Source of the DNA: an uncultured delta proteobacterium | GTDB taxonomy: Bacteria; Myxococcota_A; Polyangia; Polyangiales; Polyangiaceae | Reading direction: 5' to 3' | NCBI GenBank assembly: GCA_963841435.1 | Contig: CAWJCS010000002.1 | Coordinates: 1,131,418-1,195,417 of the forward strand | Length of the DNA: 64,000 nt | Shown: positions 29,851 through 40,486 of the stretch, one piece after another | Position numbering within the stretch: position 1 is the stretch's first letter | Layout of the letters: the number at the start of each line of letters is the position of its first letter | The notes under the pieces: generated by a model | What the model was told of the DNA's origin: nothing | The model's database searches: none | What the model saw: the letters and a program-made list of their open reading frames with translations, nothing else | Position numbers and translations under genes: made by a program

Positions 29851-30780
29851 ATGAGCGCGGTGCTTCGATCGAGTTCCGTGCTCGTCGCGCTCTCGCTCCT
29901 CTGGTGCGGTGCGGCCCACGCCGAGGATGGGTGCCCGAGCCCGGCGGCGGTCGAGCGCGCGGTCGCGGAGCTTACGTCGCGTGAGCGGGCTCGTCCCGAG
30001 CTCGACGAGGGGGCGCGCCGAAGCCTCGTTCTCGAGGATCTGGGCACGCGCTTTCGGGTGAGCCTCAGTGGGCGGACGCGGGAGTACGCGGACGAAGGGC
30101 GAGATTGCGAGCGGCGCACCCGGCTCGCGGCGGTGTTCATCGCGCTCGTGCTCACCGGCGACGAAGGGGCGGAAGACGCTCCGGCGGCGACCGAAACGCC
30201 AGGGGCCGCAGCGCCCGCAGCGTCGAGCGCTCCACCGCCTCCGCGTCGAGCGCCGTCGCCACGGGAGCACGAGCGGGCATCGCGGTTCTTCGCGGATGCG
30301 GCCGCCCGCGTGGCCTTCGCGCCGAAAAACTCCGGGCTGGTCGTGCTGCCGGGCGCGGAGCTCGGCGTGTCGTTCATGCCGGGGGACCTCGGCGTGCGGC
30401 TCGCCGTGGCCGCGCCGTTCGTGACGGGAACCCTTGCGGTGGGGCCCGCGAGCGCGCGCGTGGCCCGCTACCCGGTGTCGCTGCTTGCCCGCTACCAGCT
30501 GCACCTCGCGCCGTTCGTCGCGACGCTCGAAGCGGGCGCGGAAGGCGCGCTGCTCACCGTGGCTCGTGAGGACGGCTCCCACGCACACACGCGCGTGGAT
30601 GTGGCGGGGAGGCTCGGCCTGGGTCTCGCTCTCGCCGGGTTTCGCGTTTCTCCGGTGCTGAACGCTTTTGTGGAGGCGGTACCGCTGCGATTTCCGCTCG
30701 CGCTGGAGCCGGACGGGGTGCTCGAAAAGACGCCCGCGCTCTGGGTAGGCGCCACGGCAGGCCTCTGCGTCGCGTTTTGA
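29851..30780 (+). CDS. Hypothetical exported protein, first gene of the ECF cluster
   Basis: Signal peptide; CPSPAAVERAV..DCERR motif; beta-rich C-terminus ending in F; stop overlaps the ECF start. Confidence 0.7.
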   Translation: MSAVLRSSSVLVALSLLWCGAAHAEDGCPSPAAVERAVAELTSRERARPELDEGARRSLVLEDLGTRFRVSLSGRTREYADEGRDCERRTRLAAVFIALVLTGDEGAEDAPAATETPGAAAPAASSAPPPPRRAPSPREHERASRFFADAAARVAFAPKNSGLVVLPGAELGVSFMPGDLGVRLAVAAPFVTGTLAVGPASARVARYPVSLLARYQLHLAPFVATLEAGAEGALLTVAREDGSHAHTRVDVAGRLGLGLALAGFRVSPVLNAFVEAVPLRFPLALEPDGVLEKTPALWVGATAGLCVAF

Positions 30781-31400
30781 TTGAAGGTCCGGGCGGGGTC
30801 AGGTCCTCTAGGAGCGTGGCCGAACCCCGCCTCGGGAAGCTCGCCCCGGTGCCCCCGGGTGTGCCGGCCGGCACGGGAGCGCTCGATCTAGCCACCGTGT
30901 ACGACGAGTGGTTCGAGCGGGTGTGTGCCTGGCTCCGGGCGCTCGGTGCCCCCCGTGCCGACCACGAGGACCTCGCGCAAGAGGTGTTCGTCGTGGTCCG
31001 CAGGCGACTCTCGGACTTCGACGGTGTGAACCTCGGCGCCTGGTTGTTCCAGATCGCGCGCCGCCAGGTGCTGCGTCACCGGCGGCTCGCGTGGGTGAAG
31101 CGGGCGCTCGTCGGCTCGAGCCATGACGCGCTGCCGGCCATGGCGCATCCCGGGCCTTCGCCGCTCGCCGCGCTCGAGGCCCGGGACAAGCAGCGCCTGG
31201 TCGAAGAGCTACTCTCGGGTCTGAGCGAGAAGCGCCGCGTCGTGTTCGTGCTGTTCGAGATCGAAGGCAGCTCGGGTGAGGAGATCGCGGAGCTCCTGGG
31301 AGTGCCCGTCAACACGGTGTGGACACGGTTGCACCACGCGCGTCGGGATTTCTTCGCGCGGCTCGCCGCGTACAAGCGCGAGCGTGGAGGTGCCACGTGA
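30777..31400 (+). CDS. ECF sigma-70 factor
   Basis: Region 2 EDLAQEVF..AWLFQIARR; region 4 RVVFVLFEIEG..EEIAELLGVPVNTVWTRLHHAR. Confidence 0.93.
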   Translation: MIEGPGGVRSSRSVAEPRLGKLAPVPPGVPAGTGALDLATVYDEWFERVCAWLRALGAPRADHEDLAQEVFVVVRRRLSDFDGVNLGAWLFQIARRQVLRHRRLAWVKRALVGSSHDALPAMAHPGPSPLAALEARDKQRLVEELLSGLSEKRRVVFVLFEIEGSSGEEIAELLGVPVNTVWTRLHHARRDFFARLAAYKRERGGAT

Positions 31401-32074
31401 AGCGCCTGGTCGAACGCGAGCTCCCGCCGCAATCGGTGGAGGGCGAGGCCCGCGCGCTGCTCGAAGCGATGAGCCCCCATGAGCCGGTGCTCGGGATGAA
31501 GCAGCGCGTGCGGGTGGGGTTGCTCGCCACGCCCGTCGGGACGCGGAGGTTCCGGCCCCGAGCGTCGCTCGTGCTGGCGGCCGCGCTGGTGGCTTCGGTG
31601 GCGGCAGCCGCGACCTACCTCCGAGAGCGGAGCGCACCGCCTGCGGCCGTTGCGTCACCGCCCCGCGTCCCGGCTCCGGTGTCGCTCGCCCCCGAGCGAG
31701 CGGAGGCGACGACACCCGAGGCCCCGCCCGAGGTGCACGTAAAAGAAGCGCCCGTCGAGGCGAAGAGCGCCCCCGCCCCGGGTCGCGGCGCCGCCAAGCC
31801 CGACGACACCGCGTCGGAGGCGAACCTGCTGTTCGAGGCCACCCGCGCGCTGCGGCGCGAGGGGAACCCCGCGCGCGCGACGCAGCTGCTCGCCGAGTAT
31901 CACAAGAAATTCCCGCGCGGGGCGCTTTCGGAGGAGGCGCTCGCGCTGTCGCTCGAGGCGGCCGTGGCGCGGGGGGACGCCCGCGCGGAAAAGCTCGCGC
32001 GGCGCTACCTCGAGCTCTATCCGCAGGGTCACTTCGTTGACAAGGCGAAGCGCGCGCTCGGAACGAGCGAATGA
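31397..32074 (+). CDS. Putative anti-sigma factor: TM helix plus C-terminal TPR-like domain
   Basis: GTGA-coupled to the ECF gene; one TM; EANLLFEATRAL..YHKKFPRGALSEEA..YLELYPQG. Confidence 0.7.
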   Translation: MKRLVERELPPQSVEGEARALLEAMSPHEPVLGMKQRVRVGLLATPVGTRRFRPRASLVLAAALVASVAAAATYLRERSAPPAAVASPPRVPAPVSLAPERAEATTPEAPPEVHVKEAPVEAKSAPAPGRGAAKPDDTASEANLLFEATRALRREGNPARATQLLAEYHKKFPRGALSEEALALSLEAAVARGDARAEKLARRYLELYPQGHFVDKAKRALGTSE

Positions 32075-32823
32075 GGCACGCGGCGGCCGTCGTGCTCCTT
32101 TCGCTCGGCTGCTCGCCCGCGCCCCTTCACCTCGGCCAGGACCCCGACTTCGTGTTCTTTACCGACCACGAATCCGGTGACCTTTCGGATTGGAACGCGC
32201 GCGGGACCACGTGGGAGGACGCGGGTGGCACGCTCGCGCTCGTGAGCTCGCCCACGCGGAGTGGCCGCTTTGCGGTGGATGCGAGCGTCGTGGCCCAGCC
32301 GATGGGGACTCAGTCCGCGGCGTTCCTGTTCGCAAACGACCTGCCAGAGAACGCGTATTTCAGCGCCTGGTTTTACCTGAGCGCGGCGGCGAGCGCGTCC
32401 TACTACTGGGCCTTTTTCAAGCTCGCGGCCCAGCAGCCGCCGCCCTCGGACAGCAGTCAGGAAATCTGGGTGCTCGACGTCGCTCCGGGCGCGAGCGGCG
32501 CGAGCGGCGCGACGCTGCGCCTCTACAGCGACGTTTACCCGGACCAGGTGCTCGACGCTTCGCCCGCGCTGCCGATCGGGCGCTGGTTCCAGGTGGAGGC
32601 GTTCGTGCGCGCGCCGACACCCGACGAGGGCGAGCTCAGGATTTGGGTTGACGGGTCCGAGGTCTTCGAGCACCATGGGGCGACGCTGCCGACGACGACC
32701 GTCACCTGGGTGATCGGCAGCGGTGCCGACGGGCTCGAAGCGCCGGGAGCGTCTCTCTTCATCGACGACGCGGCCGTGACCCGGAGGCGCCTCGGCCCCG
32801 GGTTTCCACCGTTCTGGCACTAG
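32071..32823 (+). CDS. Lipoprotein with polysaccharide-lyase/concanavalin-A-like jelly-roll
   Basis: LSLGC lipobox; DHESGDLSDW, YFSAWFYL, GRWFQVE, GELRIWVDG, LFIDD. Confidence 0.6.
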   Translation: MRHAAAVVLLSLGCSPAPLHLGQDPDFVFFTDHESGDLSDWNARGTTWEDAGGTLALVSSPTRSGRFAVDASVVAQPMGTQSAAFLFANDLPENAYFSAWFYLSAAASASYYWAFFKLAAQQPPPSDSSQEIWVLDVAPGASGASGATLRLYSDVYPDQVLDASPALPIGRWFQVEAFVRAPTPDEGELRIWVDGSEVFEHHGATLPTTTVTWVIGSGADGLEAPGASLFIDDAAVTRRRLGPGFPPFWH

Positions 32824-32866
32824 TGTACTAGCTACGGCTGCTCGTCGTCAGTACCGCCGCCCGTCG

Positions 32867-34873
32867 TCAGGGCATGAGCGTGTCCGCGCGCGTCTTGGCG
32901 GGAAGCGTGCCGACGCGGGGTGAAAGATCCGCTCCTGCCCAGGGCCAGTCGAGCTCCGCCGGCCAGAAGTCGGGCCTCGCCGCGAGGTAGAGCGACGCCG
33001 GGAGCTCGCGCACGTTGACGTTCGGATCCCAGCGCACGTCGTTCGCGACCGTGTCGTAGTTTCCGTGGAGGAACAGCGTGGTGAACGAGACGTTCGACTC
33101 GTAGTCGGCGCCGAGCTCGATGATGGACGACCCCGACGTTCCGGCGTTCAAGTAGCGCTCGCTCACGGCAGCGGTACCGAGGTCGCTCTCGGCCGAGCTG
33201 CCGAGCACGTTGCCGACCAGCGTCATCGCGATGTCACCCTGATCGAACTGGATCGCGGTCACGTTGCCGGTTTGCACTTCCGTCGAGCCGTAGACGGCAG
33301 GGGGCGCGTGCTGGCTCGAGGAGTAGTTCCGGAAGTAGGTGAGGTAGCCCGCGTTGCCGTGCGTGGTGGTCGCGCCCATGTGCGGCGCGTAGTTGCCCTC
33401 CATCAGCTCCATGTGGGGAAAGGAGCAGTGCGTGTCGATGGCGACCTCCTGCCAGGCGGGCGGCGTTGCCCAAGAATTGTCGGCGTAGTTGTAGCCGATG
33501 ACGTTTCCCCCGCCTGACACGTTGAACAGGATCGGCTTGTTCATGTAGCGGACGACGTTGTTCTCGACCAAGCCGTCCGCCGCGCCGCAGCGCAGAACGA
33601 TGCCGTAGCAGTCGTGGCCGAAGCCGTAGTCCGCGGAATGGTGGAAATAGCTGTCGCGCACGACGACGCGGTACGTCCCGCTCAGGACCACGTGCATGCC
33701 GCCGATCGTTTCGTCGGTCTGCACGTCCCGGATCCACGAGTTCGCGGCGTTCGAGACGTCGATGCCGCCCGCGGTCTGGCCGTTGTAGCCCGGATTGTTG
33801 CCCCCCTTCAGGTACAGCCCCTCGATGCCGGCGTAACGCGTGACGTGCTGGCTGAGCCGGGCGATGCGCGCGTCGTGCGGCGCGGCGCTCCGGAAGGTCC
33901 AGTGGAGCGGGGTCGTGAGCGTCAGCGTGCCGCTCGCCGCGTCGATGCTCGCGATCTCCACGCGCTGGCTGAGCGAACGCCGGTCCTCCCGCTTGAAGTA
34001 TTGGCAGTCGCCCTCCTCAACGTCCCCGTCGTCCGCCTCGTCGAGCAGCGCCAGATCGCCCGCCCGGAACGTGTCCGCGCCGGAGACGCGCACGGTGCGC
34101 GTCTCTTTCACGGCATCTTCGCTCAGCGCGCGCGCGGATTCGAAGGCGCTCGCGTAGCAGGCCTGGTCTTGGTCCGTGCCGATCGCGAGCACCGCGCCGC
34201 CGCCCGTCCGCACGAGCGTCGTGCCGCCCGCGCCGGAGCCGCTCGACCCGCGACCCCGCAGGACGACACCCTTCGTGAGCACGAGCGTTTTCGACAGCGT
34301 GTATTCGGCGGCAGCGAGCTCTACGACCTGACCCTCGGGGCAGGCGTCGAGCGCGGCCTGAAGGTCGTCACCCGGCATCGGCTCCGCGCACACTTCGGTG
34401 CGCACGGGGATGCCGTCCTTGCCGAGCGGCGCATGGGTGAGCTCGTCCGATAGGATCCCGGGATCCCACGCCGTGATCCGCGCCGGGTCGATGAGCCCGT
34501 CGGCGGGAACGTTGCACGGCATGCCGCCGCAGTCGCTCCCCGCGCCGCCCTCCGGGCCCGCGCCGGACTCACCTGCCGAGCTCGTGCCGCCGGCGCCGCC
34601 CGACGCTCCGCCCGTTCCCGAGCCCGCGCCGGCCGTCCCGCCGCTACCGGACGCACCGCCCGTTCCGCCGTCCCCACGGCCCGACGAGCCACCGTTCGCC
34701 TTACCGGACGAGCCTGAGCCCCCGGCCCCCGAGCTGCCCCCCGAGCCGCCCGCGCCCGGGCTCCCTGCGGTTTCGCCGAGTGGGGGCGCCGGGTCCTCGT
34801 GGGAGCTCGTGCAGCCAGCCGTCGCGAGCGCGACCCCGAGCAACCCGAGGCTCTTAGCGAAACGGTTGTCCAT
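32867..34873 (-). CDS. Lipoprotein with right-handed beta-helix (pectin-lyase-like fold)
   Basis: TAGC lipobox; Gly linker; LQAALDAC..VVLRGRG, NSWIRDV, VVRDSYFH, GLVENN, GNVIGYNY repeats. Confidence 0.75.
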   Translation of the reverse strand: MDNRFAKSLGLLGVALATAGCTSSHEDPAPPLGETAGSPGAGGSGGSSGAGGSGSSGKANGGSSGRGDGGTGGASGSGGTAGAGSGTGGASGGAGGTSSAGESGAGPEGGAGSDCGGMPCNVPADGLIDPARITAWDPGILSDELTHAPLGKDGIPVRTEVCAEPMPGDDLQAALDACPEGQVVELAAAEYTLSKTLVLTKGVVLRGRGSSGSGAGGTTLVRTGGGAVLAIGTDQDQACYASAFESARALSEDAVKETRTVRVSGADTFRAGDLALLDEADDGDVEEGDCQYFKREDRRSLSQRVEIASIDAASGTLTLTTPLHWTFRSAAPHDARIARLSQHVTRYAGIEGLYLKGGNNPGYNGQTAGGIDVSNAANSWIRDVQTDETIGGMHVVLSGTYRVVVRDSYFHHSADYGFGHDCYGIVLRCGAADGLVENNVVRYMNKPILFNVSGGGNVIGYNYADNSWATPPAWQEVAIDTHCSFPHMELMEGNYAPHMGATTTHGNAGYLTYFRNYSSSQHAPPAVYGSTEVQTGNVTAIQFDQGDIAMTLVGNVLGSSAESDLGTAAVSERYLNAGTSGSSIIELGADYESNVSFTTLFLHGNYDTVANDVRWDPNVNVRELPASLYLAARPDFWPAELDWPWAGADLSPRVGTLPAKTRADTLMP

Positions 34874-34914
34874 GTCGTCCGAAGGACCGCTCGCCGCTCG
34901 AACCTTCAATCAGC

Positions 34915-36450
34915 TCACAGATCGAGCTCACCGAGGTGGAGCGGCGTGTTCGCGCTGATGAAGTCGGGCGCGCCGTTGTTTGCCATGAGTGCGTCTCCCG
35001 AGACGCCGGAGTCGCCAATCTTGCCGGTCTGTCCGAACGTCGCGTCGTCCCCGCCCAGCATGCGCAGCACCTGAGCGTAGAGGTCGCCGAGGGAGCGCCG
35101 CCCTTCACAGACGACGTGCCGGCCCTGCCCCTCTGGGAACGCCGAGCCGAGGCCGGCCATCACGACGGGATGGTTGAACGAGTGATGAAAGGAGCCGTAG
35201 CCGAGGTCGGAGACCCAGAGCACCAGCGTGTTGTCGAGCAAGCGGCTGCCGTCCGTATCGGCGATGGCGGCCAGCCGCTGGATCAACCGCGTGAACACCT
35301 TGCCGTAGAACTGAAAGCCCCGCGTCAGGTCGGGCACCCAGGGCCGCTCGAGCGTGTCCGTGTCGTGAATGATGGCGTGCCACCCCGCGTCGCCGGTAAA
35401 CGGTGACTCCCCGTCGAACTCGCTCGGGAAAGCCGGCACGTAGTCGAGCAAAAACTGCATGCTCGCCACGCGAGTGATGTCGCAGGCGAGCGCCTGCACG
35501 AGGTTCTCGACCTCGTACTGCCACATCTTGGCTTCGTCGTAACCGGTGCTCCAGTCGTGGCTGTCGTCCTGAAACTCCGCTTCGCTCGGGATCGTGCTCG
35601 GGTCGGGCGGTGCGCACTCATCCGTGGGGACGCTCGGGCCGCCTCCCACCACCTGCGCCTCGAGCGATTGGATGAACGCGGCGTGCTGGTCGAGGCGCTC
35701 GCGATCCCTTGCGCCGACCTGGCCGCGAATCGTCACGAAGCTCTTGGCGACCGCGTCCAGCATGCTCGCGCGGCGTTCCGCGAGCCTGTCGGCCAGGGTC
35801 TTGTCGGGGGGCGGCGCGTTGCCGTCGCTCGGCCGCACGCTCGCGAACAGCTCCGCGGCCGCCTCGTCCGGCGGCAAATTGTAGACCGGCGTGCCGGTGC
35901 CGTTCGCGCCGAAGAAACGGCCCGAATCGGTGACGAAGCCGGGGACGGGGCTGCTCGTAAACACGATGTTCGGCCGCTGCGCCGTGGAGGCGCGCAGGCG
36001 CTGGGCCGCCACGTAGTCGAGCGAAGGGCCACCCGCCTTCACGAGCCCCGACGGAGGCACCGCGCAGGTGAGGCAGGTGAGCTCGGCGGAGGCATGCCCG
36101 TCGGAGTCGCCCGTCATGTGCCGCACCAGGTTGTCCACCTGGTCGAGGGTGACGATCTCGTTCCGCACCGCGCCGATGGACGCGAGTAGCGGCGAGAGAT
36201 CACCGCTTGCCGGCAGCGGACCGGTCTTCGCGAGCGGCGACCAGTTGTCGTCCTTGTCCGTGCGGCCCCCGCAAACGCGACCGTGTGCGTGCTGCAGGAT
36301 CACGAGTCGCTTGGGTGGCGCGGCGCTTTGGCCGAAGGCGACCCGCGGCGCGTGGGCTTCGAGCATCGGCAGCGCGAGCACCGCACCTCCAGCGCCGACG
36401 AGAAAGCGGCGCCGATCGAGTCGCTGCGTCAGGTGTCGAGAAATGCGCAT
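34915..36450 (-). CDS. DUF1552-domain protein (Tat-like signal)
   Basis: LDRRRFLVGAGGAVLALPMLE, GPSLDYVAA, DRERLDQH, ALACDITRVAS, DGSRLLDNTLVLW, HHSFNHP. Confidence 0.9.
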   Translation of the reverse strand: MRISRHLTQRLDRRRFLVGAGGAVLALPMLEAHAPRVAFGQSAAPPKRLVILQHAHGRVCGGRTDKDDNWSPLAKTGPLPASGDLSPLLASIGAVRNEIVTLDQVDNLVRHMTGDSDGHASAELTCLTCAVPPSGLVKAGGPSLDYVAAQRLRASTAQRPNIVFTSSPVPGFVTDSGRFFGANGTGTPVYNLPPDEAAAELFASVRPSDGNAPPPDKTLADRLAERRASMLDAVAKSFVTIRGQVGARDRERLDQHAAFIQSLEAQVVGGGPSVPTDECAPPDPSTIPSEAEFQDDSHDWSTGYDEAKMWQYEVENLVQALACDITRVASMQFLLDYVPAFPSEFDGESPFTGDAGWHAIIHDTDTLERPWVPDLTRGFQFYGKVFTRLIQRLAAIADTDGSRLLDNTLVLWVSDLGYGSFHHSFNHPVVMAGLGSAFPEGQGRHVVCEGRRSLGDLYAQVLRMLGGDDATFGQTGKIGDSGVSGDALMANNGAPDFISANTPLHLGELDL

Positions 36451-36453
36451 GGC

Positions 36454-38265
36454 TCACTCTCCCCGCCGGTACAGGAACTGGTCGGTCTGCGTGGTCGCGA
36501 TGATGGCGCTCGCGAGCGTCCCGTCGCGGTCCATCGCGTCTGCAATCACCGCTATCGAGCAGGCGTCCTCGCTGCCGTCCGCCTGCGCGGCCGTGTAGCG
36601 GAACAGCTGCGTGGCGAAGCATTGCTCGGTCTCCGGCAGCGCGGCCAGCTGCTCCATCAGCTCCGCGGGCCCTTCGAACTCGAGCGGCGCGGCGGAGACC
36701 TCCGTGAGCGTCCCGCTCGTGTCGATGGCCGTGCCGCTGTCGTAAGCGTCGCGGAAGTGCCCGAGCCCGTCGAAGTGCTCGTACGCGAGCCCTGCCGGGT
36801 CGATCACGCGATGGCACCCGCCGCACGCGCCCTTGGCTTCGACGGCCGCGGCTGTCTGCTTACCGGTGGGGTGCTCGGGCAAGACCAGGTTGCCGAACTC
36901 GGTTTGCGCGTTCGCGGGCGGCGCTCCGAGGTCGACGCACAGGAGCCGCTTCATGATGAAGCGCCCGCGGAACACGTACGACGGGCTCGCCGGGTGGGCG
37001 AGTGCCGCGAGGAGCGCGGGTTGCGTGGAGATGCCCGTGTAGCGGTCGCTCGGGAGCTCGACGGCCGTCCAATCGCTCGCGGGGTCGACGCCGAAGAAGT
37101 CCGCGAGCTTGCCCTTCACGAACACCGTGTTCGAGCGCAGGAGGGAGTACAGACTTCCGCCCGAATGCACCTGGTCGCCGACGTAGCGATCGAACGACTC
37201 GTTGATGAGCCCGACGAGCTCGTCGTCGAGGTACGGAAAGGCGCTCTTGTCCTTGCTCCCCACCGCGTTTTCAGGGGTCTCGCTCCACTCGCGGAAGAAG
37301 CGCCTGAGGCCGCGTGCGCTCCGCGGGTCGTCCAGCATGCGCGCCGCCTGGTCGCGCACGTCGCCGGCGCTCGTGAGCGCGCCCTGCTCGGCGGCGGCGA
37401 GCAGCTCGTCGTCCGGGAGCGAGCCCCAGAGCCCCAGGGCAAGCCGCGTCGCGAGCTCCGGCCCGGTGCGAGGCCGATCCTTGCCCGCCGGTGCATCCGC
37501 TTCGAGCACGTACAAGAACGCGGGCATTTGCAAGAGGAGAGCCGTCATCACCGCCACCGCGTCGCTGAAGGACGCGCCGTCGTCGCGTTCCGCCGCAAAG
37601 ACGGCAAGGAGCGTGGTGCGCTCTTGCTCGGTCAGCGGTCGGCGGAACGCGCGGTGCCCGACCGTGTCGAGGTAGGTGTCGGCGCAGGCGTCGTCGCCGT
37701 CGGGTGTGCACGGAAGCACGCGCTCGAGCCTGGGCGCGAGCGTCTGCGCGACCTCCTCGGCGGCGCTCATGATACTGCCCACGCCCTGCTCGCTCACGAG
37801 CAAGAGGTCGGGCTCCGTCGAGTAGCCCGTGACGGGATTTCCGGACCCTGACGGGTACTTGTCGCTCGGTGTGAAGCCGAACAGGTCGCTCACCGCGTTG
37901 CGGTATTCCTCGAGCGTCAGCCGCCGGATCGGAGCGGTTTTGCCATGCGTTGTGGTGCTGCAATCCACCACCGAAGAGCCGCCGCTCCCTCCCGGCCCGC
38001 TGCTGCCCGCAGCGCCGCCCGCGCCCGCGCTCCCGTTGCCCGTCCCACCGCTTTTGCCCGCGGCCGCTCCGGCCCCGCTCTCGCCCGCCGCGGCGCCGCT
38101 CCCGCCCGATGCCCCGACGCCCTCCGCAGGGGCAGGGTCGGCCGATTCGACGCCGATCGTGCCGGTGCAACCGACGCCGCCGGCAAGCGCGATCGAGCCG
38201 AGCAGCGGGCCGACCCAGGTCCAGAGGCCGGAGCCCGCCCGTGGAAGCCGCCGCAGATCCGCCAT
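36454..38265 (-). CDS. DUF1592/1595/1588/1587-type lipoprotein with a heme-c motif
   Basis: IRRLTLEEYRNAVSDL, AFRRPLT, ELATRLALGLWGSLPDDELL, CGGCH (CxxCH), DPAGLAYEHFDGLG. Confidence 0.9.
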   Translation of the reverse strand: MADLRRLPRAGSGLWTWVGPLLGSIALAGGVGCTGTIGVESADPAPAEGVGASGGSGAAAGESGAGAAAGKSGGTGNGSAGAGGAAGSSGPGGSGGSSVVDCSTTTHGKTAPIRRLTLEEYRNAVSDLFGFTPSDKYPSGSGNPVTGYSTEPDLLLVSEQGVGSIMSAAEEVAQTLAPRLERVLPCTPDGDDACADTYLDTVGHRAFRRPLTEQERTTLLAVFAAERDDGASFSDAVAVMTALLLQMPAFLYVLEADAPAGKDRPRTGPELATRLALGLWGSLPDDELLAAAEQGALTSAGDVRDQAARMLDDPRSARGLRRFFREWSETPENAVGSKDKSAFPYLDDELVGLINESFDRYVGDQVHSGGSLYSLLRSNTVFVKGKLADFFGVDPASDWTAVELPSDRYTGISTQPALLAALAHPASPSYVFRGRFIMKRLLCVDLGAPPANAQTEFGNLVLPEHPTGKQTAAAVEAKGACGGCHRVIDPAGLAYEHFDGLGHFRDAYDSGTAIDTSGTLTEVSAAPLEFEGPAELMEQLAALPETEQCFATQLFRYTAAQADGSEDACSIAVIADAMDRDGTLASAIIATTQTDQFLYRRGE

Positions 38266-38514
38266 GCTCCCCCGTGAAGGACGGCTCGCCCCCCACACCT
38301 TCGATGCGTCCGAATTTTTCTCGGGAGCCCGCGCCGCGAGCTCCTCGATCGCCTCAGCAACGCTCGAGCCGTTCGTTGGACCACAAATTGCCGAAAGCAC
38401 GGCCTCGTGGCGAGGCGCGCGCTCTCACACCCCTCGGGTGACGCCGCTCGCTTCGACAGCGCGCGACGGGGAAGGTACACTGGCCGGATTCGCGCACGAA
38501 GGAGGCGCGCGCCG

Positions 38515-40424
38515 GTGGCAGCAAATAGGCAAACACCGTGGGGCAGGGTGGTGACCGTGTGCGCGTGTGCGTCCGCCCTCGCGTGCGGGGAGAGCCACTC
38601 CGCAGGCTCACCGACGGACGGCGTGCCTTCGGCGGGGGCGGGAGCCGGTACCGCGGGCGGCGGCGCAGGCGGAGGTGGCGCGATGGGCGGGGGCGAGACC
38701 GGCGGCGTGGCAGGTGTCGGGGGCTCGGCCGCGGCAGGTGTCGGGGGCTCGGCCGCGGCAGGCGTCGGGAGCGGGCGGCTGGCGGCGCCGGGCGGGCGGC
38801 TCGGCGGGGGCGGGCGAGGGGGGCTCGGCCGGGATCGATCCTCTGCCGCCGGCGCCCGAATCTCACGTGCGCGGGGGACAATCCGTGCGTCATCGGCGCG
38901 TGCGGCGCGGACACCCACCCGTGCGACGGCTCGTTCGACATCGCGTCAGAGGCTGACTTCGCGGGCGTGAGCGGCTGCACCTCCATCAGCGGCGAACTTT
39001 CCGTCCACGGAGCCGATATCTCGAGCCTCACGGGGCTCTCGTCGCTCCTGGCAGTCGGTGGAGATTTCTACCTGTATGACACCGACGCGCTCGTCACCCT
39101 CGAGGGGCTCGACAACCTCGCGTCCGTCGCCGGGACGCTGGGCATCGGGAGCTCGGTGGGGCACAGCGGCGGAAACGCCGCGCTCACCGACCTGGCTGGG
39201 CTCGAAAGCCTCGCCTACGTCGGAGGGCTGCTGCACGTCAGCGCCAACGACGCGCTGCAAAGCTTGGACGGTCTCACGCTTTCGGCTCTGCCCGGTGGCC
39301 TCGAGGTCACGGGGAACGACGCGCTCGAAGGTCTGGGCGATCTGAGCGCCCTCGTGTGCATCGGAGGCAAGCTCCAGGTTACCTCCAACCACGTACTCCG
39401 GGACTTGAGCGGCTTATACAACCTCACCACGATTCGAGGCTTTGCGGGTCTCGAGGACATGGCAGACGTCGCCGGTCTGGGACATCTCACCGCCGTCGGG
39501 GACACCCTCGAGGTCTGGAACACGTCGGCCGTCAACCTCAGCGGGCTCGAGAGCGTCACGTACGTCGGGCGCGACCTTTCCATCAACAAGAACAGCGCCC
39601 TGACGAGCCTGACGGGCCTCGAAAAGCTCGTGACCATCGGGGGGAACGTCTTCGTTGGCGAGGCGCCGCTCGCCAATCTACGTGGCCTCGACGGCCTCAC
39701 TTACATCGGAGGCGGCATGGCGGCCCAGGCCGGTAGCGTTCCACTCACCAGCCTCGAGGGGCTCGAGGCGCTGACCTTCGTCGGCGGCGTCTTGACGATT
39801 CCGGCCATCGAGGACCTCTCCCCCCTGAACCACCTCACGTCCGTCGGAATGCTCGCCATCGAGGGCCACCCGACGCTCACCGACCTGAGCGCTTTCAGTC
39901 ACATCGAGCACGTGGGAGGGCTGACGCTGTCCGACGACCCGGAGCTCACGAGCCTGCACGGCGTCGAGGACTCCGCAACGCTCGAGAACGGTCTGGTCAT
40001 CTCCTCCGATCCGCTCTTGCAAAACCTCGACCCGCTCACGAACGTCACCAGCATCGCAGGCTCCGTGACGATCGGCGGCAGCCTCACCAGTCTCAGCGGG
40101 CTCGAGCACGTCAGCTCCATCGGGGGCATCCTAGCCATCGAGAACAACGAATTTCTCGAAGACCTCAGCGGGCTCGCTTCCCTGGTCAGCGTCGGCAACA
40201 CGCTCTTCGTCAGACACAATCCGATGCTCAAGAGCCTCGACGGTCTCGAGAACCTGACGTCGGTCGGCGCCGAAAGCCCCGTGATCGCCGGTGACCTCAT
40301 CATCTACGTGACCGAGAACGCGGAGCTGCCCCAGTGCACGGCCGACGCTCTCGAAGCGCAGCTCGTCAACTTCCCGGGCTATTTCGCCTCGTTCGGAAAC
40401 TACGGCAGCGGCGCCTGCAACTGA
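38515..40424 (+). CDS. Receptor-L-domain (LRR-like) lipoprotein, frameshifted in the linker
   Basis: AAGGAGG RBS before GTG 38515; ALAC lipobox; many LxxLxGLxxLxxVGG repeats; frame changes at ~38770-38795 and ~38859. Confidence 0.75.
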
Positions 40425-40452
40425 GTCGCTCGCTCCGCTCCGAGCGAGCGGC
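40425..40452. terminator. GC-rich hairpin between convergent genes
   Basis: GTCGCTCGCTC-loop-GAGCGAGCGGC, 11-bp stem with one G-U; no U-tract. Confidence 0.4.
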
Positions 40453-40486
40453 ATCTGCGTCCTCGCCAAGCGAGTGTTGCCGCTCG

